A program made the position numbers and the translations under genes. This document shows, piece after piece, positions 40,101 through 52,100 of a stretch of 64,000 nucleotides of DNA. Position 1 is the first letter of the stretch. Each line of letters starts with the position of its first letter. This stretch comes from Antedon mediterranea (Eukaryota > Animalia > Echinodermata). Below the pieces are notes generated by a model, which saw nothing but the letters and a program-made list of their open reading frames with translations, ran no database searches and had not been told where the DNA came from. The DNA is taken from NCBI RefSeq assembly GCF_964355755.1, contig NC_092671.1, forward strand, positions 20,398,001-20,462,000, in the 5' to 3' direction.

Positions 40101-43100
40101 TGTTATATAAAACAAATCATGAATGTTTTATATTTGTGTGATGGTACAAATAATGGCATTTGGTGAATGATGAAAGGTTATATATCAAATCGGCTTCACC
40201 TGGTTGAAATAGAACCTTTCATCATTTACCTCATGCCATTATTTGTAACATTACACTCATAAACATTCATTATTTGTATAAAACCATAATTCTTAAATGT
40301 TTTTGCTTTAATTTAATTTCCCTGTGGTGATGAACATACCTGAATGAAACCTGTACTCCCGAGCCAAGAGAAGACTGTATACTCCAAACACATTCTGTAC
40401 TAAGAGGATAGTTGTTTGGGTATCCAGGGCTATTAAAGAATCCAGAGAGTGCTGTAAAGTCACCGCCACAGGCTAAATATAAATATATATATATATATAA
40501 ATCCAAAGGCAAATTACTGAAAAAAATGACAATGCTGTGGGTATCAGTGGCTGGATCTCAATGGAGATACAAAAATAAAAAGCGAAAAGCTAAATCAAAA
40601 CGATAAAGTAAACAGCCACAAAAGTTAGCAGAGCTTTCGGGCAACACTAGCCCTTCATCAGTGCAAGTCTCAGATTTTCTCACTTTATCGTTTCAAATTA
40701 ATATATATATCAGACCTTGATTTATAAATATAAGAGGAGAGCTCGTAATGGCTCTCCTCAATATGTTGAGGAGAGCCATTATTTTGATTAAGTATCCGAG
40801 GCCCAGGTTGGGCCTGTGGCGAGCCGAATTTTGATAAATGACACCTCTAGATGGCCGGAAATGGTACTCTCGCACGTAAAATTCATCGTAGGTCATTGTT
40901 CTCTGAACGTAGTCTACGATGTATTGTTATGATAATTATCTACGCGTCGATCGTAGGGTGGTTCGTAGGGTTAGTAAACACCATTGTCATCACCTTTAGA
41001 AGCATGGACAATGCAAAAAAACAATGTATTGTTTGCTAATTAAAATCCTATCTAAAGATAATAGACGTCAATTTTTGTAGCCACCCTAGCTAGGCCTACG
41101 CATCGGTTATCCTAATTTGGACGGAAATCCGCCGACGAGATGACAACGGGTCCGTGGACCTCAGCTCACGCAGAGAGAGAGTCAAGGCTATCTAGTCTTG
41201 TTTCGGCGGCCTACACTATAAATTATTTAATCCTACCTTGGGTTAGCGAATTATAAAAACGACACCTAGCCTAGGACACCAACAAAATATATGCAAAATA
41301 AATATATTCCATATAAATTACTATAAAATTTAACATAAAGGCTTAAGCCTTTTAAAATGATTACGACATGCGTATAAGAAAAGGCCCGACCAGAATTTGG
41401 AGGGGAAAACATGTGAGCAGTTAAGATCAGAGAGTATTATGTTTCATGTCATGTGACACAAAATCCAGGTACACGATCTTAATTACTGTTTATCGTCGGC
41501 AGCCACCCTCTCGTACTGAGTTAAAAAAAAAACATGTGAGATGTTGCGGTAAAGCAGAGAGTATCGCGTTTCATGCCATGTGACCAAAAAAAGTAGGTCT
41601 GTATAATTAAGGTCTTCTGTCGGCAGTCTTTTTGAGCGACCGATTGAATGTTCGATACTATATTTAGAATGAATTGTTTACGATATTTTTCTTGCAACAT
41701 CAAAGATTGTAGGCGCGCCTAGCCTATCGGGGGTAGCCATAACAAAGATCGTTTGCGCGACTATAATATAGACTGTGTGTTGTATTCGGGGTTAATATTC
41801 TTATTATATATATTTTTATGACGCACTGTAACAGGTTGGGGAGCGCTATTTTAGGCGCTCCTTTGATCGTTTTCAGGAGCGCCAAGGAGCGTCAGCGCCA
41901 TGGCGCTCCTTTTAAATCAAGGTCTGATATATATATATATTAATTTGAAACGATAAAGATGAGAAAATCTGTGAGAATGAGAAAAAGTCGCCCCAACCGA
42001 GACTCGAACTCGGACCGCCTGCTTGATATGCAGTTGTCCTAACCATTAGACCACTGGGGCTTTCATGGTAGTGTTCAAACTCGATTGGATAGCGACTCTT
42101 TAACATTCTCGGCGTGGTACGGCGGAACAGCACTAGTCCTCAATTGTACGCACGCGCACCAGAGATCAAATTGATACGCCCTCAACTTTCAGTATTTTTA
42201 TACACAAAGAACATTAATTCTAAACCGCCCAGTGATATACTGAAATTTAATTAATTAATTTGAAACTATAAAGATGAGGAAATCTGTGAGAATGAGAAAA
42301 AGTCGCCCCAACCGAGACAAACACATTTTTACCTGAAGTTGAGGTAGTATAAGTAACTCTAAATCCAGTCTTTTGTACTGATCCATCTGATAAGAATGTA
42401 ATTGTTACTGCAGCACTATACGAAGTAAAAGCCTGAGGCAAGACAGTTCCGCAATAAGGACCAATAACTAGCGGTGCATACTCATCATTTCCATTGAAAA
42501 CATTAACATTGTCATGTGCGCATAAACCATCAGTGCTTTCTTCAATGTCGATGTGGGTGAAAGTTAATGTAATTCTATCTCCTGCAAAATTTTTACCAAT
42601 TATATTACAAGAATACTATCCTCTATGCAGTACTAATATGAAATATGATCATAATATGTTCTTGTGCTTTGTAACATATATAATAATTATTTTTTGCATT
42701 TAATACCTGGATTATCTGATTCAATAACCCAAGAGCAGTTCTGATTGGCATTATAATTATTAGGATAATTGGATGATTTCACAACACCATCAACTGTTGC
42801 ATCCCGTCGGCCACCACAAGCTGGAAAGGAATTTATTTTAAAGTTAATTTTTATTAAAAGAAACAAATTCGCACAAAATGTTCTTTTACGAATACACAGA
42901 AAATATTTATAGATAAAGGTTTAGCATATTCACAGATAAAAGAAAACAAAAAAACCTAGATTTAATTCGTCACTATGACGAATTATAGGTTATATGCATT
43001 GATTTTGAGTTAAATGATTTTTAAAAGATATATTAATTGATTGATTTTCTCAGAATCTTTAATTATTTATAATATATGATAGGATCTTGCTAATGCAAAT

Positions 43101-46100
43101 ACAATAGCCGGTATCACAATCCTATCAAAGATCCCTCTGCGTATAATGTCATAAACCACATTTGTTACATAATAAAGACATAATTTACTTTTTATCTAGA
43201 TTTCATTATAAATCATGTGTATAAAAATCTATACACTAAGAAATGAAATTGAACAAACAATATGGATAATAAAAAAATCTTATTTCGTTTCGTTTCCCAA
43301 GGTGAGACTCGATCTCCATACATAACTGACTAAAAGTTGTAAAAAGATTCCTCCGTATATTTACTATACAGTAACCACTTTGGTGCATATAGATTATTAC
43401 ATACCGCAATGAATTAAAATGTTTTACTATGATGACATCCTTAAAAAATTAAAAAAATGATGCACTGTCAAACTATATACTTTTAACTTTAATATATGAA
43501 CATTTTAAGGGAGAAAGTTAATGTTAAGTTCGTTATTTCGGCCTAAGAAAATGTCATAATTTGTTTGATTGTCGAAATTTATTTTTTTTAATTTAATATG
43601 CAATTACCGTACTGATGCGGGTATAAACCCACCCTCCTTGAACATGAAATCACGTCAAGTTTGGGGGGTGGGCTTATACCCGAGGATCCAAAAATGTACT
43701 GTGTATCCAATCATGGACATTCCCTCCTCTGAAACCACCATACTAGCGCCCTCACGAGGTGTACGTGTACGACGTTGTGCCTACTACACGGAAAATTAAG
43801 CTTATAGTAGAAGATAATATGCTTGTTTATGGCAGCCGATACAAAATAGGAGTTTTCCGTTTTGGCGACTTGTGATTTAAGCGTAGTGTGTGAAGCGATC
43901 TTCGACCGCGATGGAGTGTAAACAGAACAGGAACGCTAGGCCTCATATGGCCTAGCATATATTACCCTAGCATATATTATTAGCTTGGTTATGTTCAAAG
44001 GTACGTGTATGCGGTGTATGGACGTCGCCAAATGCAAAATAATGTATTACGGCACACATTGTAGATCTTTGAATTAATGGGTGGGCTTATACCCGAGTGC
44101 CTCATTTTTCATGAAAATTAGTCTAAAGTCGGGGGTGGGCTTATACCCGAGTATGACTTATACCCGCGTCAGTACGGTAATGATGACTTTATAAACTTTT
44201 GTTCTCTTAATTTTTATAATAAATCAATGAAATGAAATAAAAAATAGGTGTTCCCGAGCATTCTGATGATCTATATTAATTTTAAAATTTAGCATACTTA
44301 CACATGCGTAGCCTGTCACTGACGTGCTCGTATAACGCAATTTTAAGTTGAAAAATGAATCAAATATGATGATATTGTTAAAGAAAGGTTGTAAAACAGA
44401 AATCGGGCAAAAAGAGTACATATTAACGTTTAACACACAGTGCGTGTGCAAAAATCTGTGCACTCATGGCAATTTTTTTTGCCAAATGATGAAATATGAC
44501 CTGAAATTTATGAGTACCAAATTTTGTTTAATTGTGATAAATGCTTGTGAAGATATGATTCCAAACGTGATTTAAAAAAATAGCGCGTAATTTTTAATTG
44601 CGCACCGTGAAAACATAACCACATCGATTCCTGGCCATTAGGAATATACTCTGAAAAATTGACTTGACTTCACTAGGTGAAACTGATATTAAGATAATTG
44701 ACGGACAAAATAGGGCTAATGAAAGAATAAATAAATAAATAAACTAGAAAGCCACTCCGAGACTGCATACCTCCGCCTACTGTAAAATTCTCCTACATAA
44801 GATTTCTCCGGTAAAAAATATATATATATATATTTGTGTGTGTCTTATAGTTCGGTGGCAGGAGGGGGGGAATCACCACCCGAAAGGGGACAAATTGCCA
44901 TGCAACTTTTCTAGACTAGAATTTTCCGTAGATTACGAATATGGAAGGTAATCGATCAGGATAGGAAGCGTTTTCGAGATATAAGGGGTCAAAGTTCAAA
45001 ATTGACCAATTACAACAATGTATTTATGTATATGTATTATAACAAATTTATTGAAGCACAATTTGGTCTTTTATTACATTTTTATGATTATAAGTGTCTA
45101 TTCAATCACCTTATGAAAAAAAAATCCTTTGTGATTAAGGGTCAAATGTCAATATTGACCAATCATAGAACGTACCTATAAAACCAAAAAAAAACTAGTA
45201 TTTAATAAAAATTGGATGTTTTCTCATCCTGTTAATCAATCATACGCAATGTAAAAGAGCGAATACATCATTTCATCAGTTGACATAAGGTCAATTTCAT
45301 CAGTTGACATAAGGTCAAAGGTCAACATTTTAATACGCGTATTAGTTAACAAATAAATGCAAAGTTGTCCAAACTATGATATTGATGGTTTTACAAGTAA
45401 TCAAATTATTTGATTAGTAAAGTTATGTTATTTCATTATAATACTGTATTTAATCAAATCAGACTTCGATCAGGATAGGAAGCGAATAGGAAGAGATAAG
45501 GGTTCAAAGTTCAAAATTGACCAATTATAACAATGTATTATATACATATGTATTATAACCAATTTATTAAAGTTCAATTTGGTATTTTAATACATTTGTA
45601 TGGTTATATGTATTGTATGGTGTTATTCAGTCGCCTTATAAAACAAATACTTTGCAATTAAAGGTCAAATGTCAATATTGACCAATCACACAATTTGCAT
45701 TTAAAACCAAATAAAAACTAACATTTAAGACAAAATGTTATGTTTTATCATTCTGTTAAGACATCTATCAATCATACACAATCAAAAGAGCACATTTATC
45801 ATTACACAAGTTGACATGGGTCAAAGGTCAACATTTGAATAAATGATATACTAAATAATGCAAAGTTATTCAAACTATGAGATCAATGTTCATAATGTAA
45901 TCACGTTATTTGATCAGTGAAGTTATGGTATTTTTATATTTTTTATAGTGCGCATTATTTTAAATGTATTAATATAATACTGTAAAATAAATAATAAAAT
46001 TAATATTATGACGATTAAAATGTTATGATGTTAAAATGTTGCGCTGACCTTCAATGATTTGCCACTATACAGTTGCATTTATTAGGGCTACAATATTCGT

Positions 46101-49100
46101 TTTTGGAAAATAAACTACTATTCATCAGAACCAGAGAATACCAATTCGTACAGGATAGGGCATAGGCAGATCCAGGTGGCCAAACTCAATCCACAACTCA
46201 CTACACAGACAGACCACAATTTTTATATAGTTTGGCCCATACAGGAAAGCGTTTCCTGTATACAAAGGATTCTAAAATAACCTATATGGATTTGCCCGAA
46301 TGAACCCTCTAAGGACCCTTTTGGGATCTCTATGTGGTGTGCTACATAAGGCCCTGTATTAGAAATTAGTATGGGGTAAATAGTTCATAGATGAACTTTG
46401 GAATAAAACTAAATGTGCACCCTCAATCTTTAAATAACATTTATGGATTTGCCCAAATGAACCCAAGGGCCGGTCGTTCTCCATGGATGGACATTAAGCC
46501 CCATAATGGAAATATAAGGGGTGACACTGTGAGTTAATACAGATAGGCGCGGCCCATGAATTAAGCTGCCTGTGCACTCTCGACCCTTAAGAAAAATTTA
46601 TGGATTTGCCCAAATTAACCCAAGGGCCGGTCCTCCATGGACATTAAGCCCCATAATGGAAATATAATGGGTGACACTGTGGGTTTATATAGACAGGCAG
46701 AACCATGGATTAAAGCTGCCTGTGCACTCTCGATCCTTAAGGAACACTTATGGATTTGCTCAAATTAACCCAAGGGCTGGTCCTCCATGGATGGACATTA
46801 AGCCCCATAATGGAAATATAATGGGTGACACTGTGGGTTTATATAGACAGGCACATGGAATAAAGCTGCCTGTGCACTCTCGATCCTTAAGGAACACTTA
46901 TGGATTTACCCAAATTAACCCCCAAAGGCCGGTACATGGATGGATACCTGATTGAAATTGCTCAAAAGAAAGACATTGTGCTGTATAGTAATAGTATTAT
47001 TCCCCTTCCACACCTCTTTGAATTAAATCCGCCCTGATAGGCTCTTATGTACAGGATTTCAAGGCAATAATCACACTTGTATTTTTCAAACATTAGATTG
47101 AATAAAAATATCTATTATAAACAATTTGCCGTTAGAAATCTCTATGCCATGTCGTTATTTAGATGAGAAAAACAGGTAAAATGTTAAAATTACAGAAAAA
47201 TAGGTGTTTCAGTCACTTTTTGAAAAAAATGTTGCATTATGGCAAGAAAAACATATATATTGCGAACAATTTGACACCAAAATTGGCTCCTTACGACAAA
47301 TATTTATTAATTTATGTTTTTATAACCTTATTCAATTATGTCAAAGGTTGATAACCACACTTCCGGTCATTTTCAAGCAATATTATCTGTTATACTGAAT
47401 ATAAATGTATATCTTGGGAACAATTTGCTCCTATTTTTAATTCTCTCCGACCTGCCGTTACTTAGATATAGCAAAAAGAGGTCAAAGGTCAAAATTGCTA
47501 ACAATGGGGTTTCCAGTCAATTTTTCAAAGAAAGTTCTGTTAGAGCTAATATAAACATATACATTGTGAACAATTTGACACCAAAATTATCTCACTACGT
47601 CCAGAATTTCCAGAGATATAGCATGTTTTTATATTAGTCAATTTTGAACTTTGACCCCTTATATCTTGAAAACGCTTCCTATCCTGATCGATTACCTTCC
47701 ATATTCGTAATCTACGGAAAATTCTGGTCTAGAAAAGTTGGATGGCAATTTGTCCCCTTTCGGGTGGTGATATCCCCCCTCCTGCCACCGGACTATTAAT
47801 GCTGTTTGTGATTTAGGCTAATTTCATTACAAGCATGTGTATGCGAGTTTGGTGTAATGGTTATTTAACAAGCCTTTCAGTTAACAATAGCTTCAGTTGA
47901 CTAGCAATAGAACAGCAACGCGAAAATCAAACGAGTGAATTTGAAAAGAAATAGGTTTTTTAAACTACCGTACTCGCATCAAAAAACGTGCACATTAAAT
48001 CAAATTATGTTTTAAAATTACAAATCACAAATTATAACTCTTGCCTCTTGTTAAAAAATGAAGTTTTTTGGACAAGTAGTTCTCGAGAATATGCAATTTT
48101 AGTTTACTTGTTACTTTAAGACTGCTCGCCGGCTTTTAAAAAATTCTGACCTATCTTTTAACACTAGTAGGTCTGAAAAAGTATACTAAAAAGTGGTCCA
48201 GAATTGGGACTGTGGTCCCAAATGGTCCCAAAATTTAATGGAATGGTCCTTGACCACATATCTATCTGTCTATTCATTTTGGTAAAGATCTTGTAATTAC
48301 TTTTTGAGTAATCCTGCTAACAAACAAACTAGCCTTCGCGCTTAGCGCGATACTTGGCCAAATCAAAATTGGCCTCCTGACATTGACCCAATTTTCACCA
48401 AAAGTGTGTGTCTTATGCTGTGTGATTTAGGCTAATTTCACTACAATCATGTGTATACGAGTTTGGTGTACAGGTTATGTAACCAGCCTTTCAACGAACA
48501 ATAGCTTCAGTCGGCTAACAATAGAACAGCAACGCGAAAAACACACGGGTGAATTTGAAAAGAAATAGGTTTTGTAAACTACTCGCATCAAAAAACCTCT
48601 ATATTAAATCTAATTCAGTTTTAAAATTAAAAATCACAAATTATAACTCTTGCCTCTTGTACAAAAATGAAGTTTTTTGGACAAGTAGTTCCCGAGAAAA
48701 TGCAATTTAAGTTTACTTGTTAATTTAAGACTGCTCACCGGCTTTTGATAATTCTGTCCTATCTTTTAACACTAGCAGGTCTGAAAATAATTTTAAAAAG
48801 TGGTCCAGAATTGGGACCGTGGTCCGGATTTTAACCAAAATTGGGCAGTGTCGTCCTTGCACCAGGTGACATGTATGGTAGTAATTTGGAGTCATTCGAA
48901 TCAAAATTGTGAGCGCTAGAGTGATGACAAACAAACAAACAAACACACACAAACCGCACCAATCAACATACTTGGCCAATTTTCAATTTGGCCAAGTAAC
49001 AAACAAACAAATGAAAGCACTCAGAAACTGAGTGAAGTACTTGGCAAAATATATCCATTGACTGGGCGCATGTTGAAAGATACAATTTTTGCTTTAGGTA

Positions 49101-52100
49101 TTAGCTTTACATGGTTAAAATACTACTAAGGTTAATAATTTGTTTAAATAATTTTTAATACAAACAATTCCGGCATTGCAACAATGACCTTTCTAAAATC
49201 AAGATTGACCAGAATAATGGTCGAGGAGTGTCTTGAAGCTGTGCCGATTTGCGGCGCCTCTGCCTTAACCCATGTAGTAAGCTTAACAGCTTCACCAGTT
49301 GACTAATATTTTGGTCCATATCAAAGAATATGTCCATGTTAAAAAAGACAGAACGCGTGTTATTTAATATATCGTACGGAAGATAAGCTTTTGAGACATG
49401 ACCAATATATCAGTTTTCCTGAAAATCAAGGCATGTTCTGTAAGTATATGTACAGAATGAAATAAGGAAGGACACACGCTAGTACAGTACTAAAAAACTA
49501 ATTATCAACTAACAATAGTTTAATTTGAATAACAATAGAACAGCAACGCCAAAAACAAACGGGTGAATTTGAAAAGAAATAGGTTTTTTAAAACTACTCG
49601 TATCAATAAACCTGTACATTAAATCAAATTATGTTTTGAAAATTACAAATCACAATTTATAACTCTTGCCTCTTGTACAAAAATGATGTTTTTTGGACAA
49701 GTAGTTCTCGAGAAAATGCAATTTCAGTACACTTGTTATTTTAAAACTGCTCACCGGCTATTGAAAATTGTCTCCTATCTTTTAACACTAGCCGGTCTGA
49801 AAATAATATCATTTTTGTTATTTTCTGAAGTTATTAATAAACCAATTTTGTTGATTTTCAATAGGCATGGTCTGAAAGTATATACCTATCTACAACCAAA
49901 AATTCAGAACGATAACTTAAAAACTGTAGGCGCTATCGTGCTAACAAACAAACAAACAAACAAACACACAAACAAAGTAAATACTATACTTGGCAAAATT
50001 CTTTTTTGCCAAGTAACAAACTAGCCTTCGCGCATAGCGCGATACTTGGCCAAATCAAAATTGGCCTAATGACCTTGACCCAATTTTCACCAAAAGTGTG
50101 TGTCTTATGCTGTGTGATTTAGGCTAATTTCACTACAATCATGTGTATACGAGTTTGGTGTAAAGGTTATGTTCAACTAACAATATCTTCAGTCAACTAA
50201 CAATAGAACAGCAACGCGAAAAACACACGGGTGAATTTGAAAAGAATTAGGTTTTTAAACTATTCGCATAACAAAACCTGTATATTAAATCAACTTATGT
50301 TTTCAAATTACAAATCAAAAATTATAACTCTTGCCTCTTGTACAAAAATGAAGTTTTTTGGAGTAGTTGTTCTCGAGAAAATGCAATTTTAGTTTACTTG
50401 TTAATTTAAGACTGCTCACCAGCTTTTGATTATTCTGTCCTATCTTTTAACACTTTCAGGTCTGAAAATAATTTTTAAAAGTGGTCCAGAATTGGGACCG
50501 TGGTCCAGATTTTAACCAAAATTGGGCAGTGTCGTCCTTGCACCAGGTGACATGTATGGTAGTAATTTGGAGTCATTCGAATCAAAATTGTGAGCGCTAG
50601 AGTGATGACAAACAAACACACACACACACAAACCGCACCGATCAACATACTTGGCCAATTTTCAATTTGGCCAAGTAACAAACAAACACACACACAAACC
50701 AAACAGATCAACATACTTGGCCAATTTTCAATTTGGCCAAGTAACAAACACACAAACCAAACAGATCAACATACTTGGCCAACTTTCAATTTGGCCAAGT
50801 AAAAAACAAACAAACACACAAACCAAACAGATCAACATACTTGGCCAATTTTCAATTTGGCCAAGTACAGCTATTAATTACTGCTTCGTTCCTTCGTAGC
50901 CTACGCGTAGGACATTGTTTTATGATCGCAAACCCACAAAGTATTATTGTCTTTTGATCGCGACCCCACACGCTCCTACGAAAGGTATTGTTTTTTTATT
51001 GCGCTCCCACGCAATACCACCACCACCATGTTTTTGGATCGCGATATTACGAGAGGCTTTGTTTTGCTATGCCTCTGATGGAAGGACGTTAAATATACAC
51101 TATTGTTACCAGGTGTTTAAAGAGAACAATGTTAATATTATAACCCACCTTGGATCGACCAATTCTACCCCTACAGCTACGCCCGAGTAGGCCTGCCTAG
51201 CTACAGGCCTTTGCTAGGCTCAGAGGCTAGCGATTGTTGATATTAAATATTGATAAAATGTTTTGTTTCCATTTCGTTGTACAGTAGTTTCTCTAGAAAA
51301 TTGATTTAAATCATATTCCATGTAAAAATATCAAAATAATACTACGATTGCATATTAGCTCTAAATATGGCCCTATACGAACGAATCAGCCAACACCGCT
51401 AAAATAACATATTCGTTGAATAAAATCCAATAACCGACTGGGATAAAAAAAAACATGTGGAACATCGGTGGTCGAGACGAGCACTAGTGCCGTAGTAGGC
51501 CTAGTGAACAATTTTCTATTTTGTTAATAATCATCGTCAAACTTAAAACATAGCAATACAATATTTAATCTGTATAATATTTTTATTGCATTTATGGAAA
51601 CATTCTGACGTATTTCATATTTCATTTACTGCATCCTAGATTGGTACTTTGTACGAACCCAAAAGCGTAGGCTGCATTATTTTGTTTTAAACATTAATCA
51701 CTAAACATGGAGGTATACCTCCACGGGCTAAATAAAAATATCGGGTGTAACTACTGTATTTTCAATCATTGTTCACCGTGATTCATTGATAACAATGTTG
51801 TTTGTAACACATTACAATAGACGCAGGGCAAACAATGGCTCTTGTACGATTGCAATCAAAAAACAATGCAGTTCGTAGGATCGTGATAAAAAAACAATGC
51901 CTCGTAGCCACACATAGGCACGAAGCTGGAACGTGGGTTACGTTGCAGTAATTTTTAGCAGTAGCTTTACTGTATATTGTTAACATTAACTCAAACTTGA
52001 GACCCATCGTTGTAATCACATTCCAAAAATTGCAAACAAGAATCAGTAGATTCTTAGATAAGTAAGGAGCCTTCACAATGGTGATTTTATATGAACTAGA

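Larger units (their letters stand above)
44744..48328 (-). mobile_element. Helentron-type family A copy split by an Academ-type insertion
   Basis: 44744-44847 plus 47796-48328 reconstitute the sequence of 39223-39800. Confidence 0.7.

Noticed and set aside
42061-42255. Possible additional hammerhead inside the tRNA-containing unit
   Set aside because: No CUGANGA plus stem II plus GAAA arrangement was found by eye on either strand.
46671-46955. 94-aa repetitive ORF
   Set aside because: It is a by-product of the ~160-bp tandem repeat in a non-autonomous transposon.
50627-50867. Palindromic repeats with short spacers, CRISPR-like
   Set aside because: The spacers are CA/CAAA microsatellite and the repeat is a transposon terminus.
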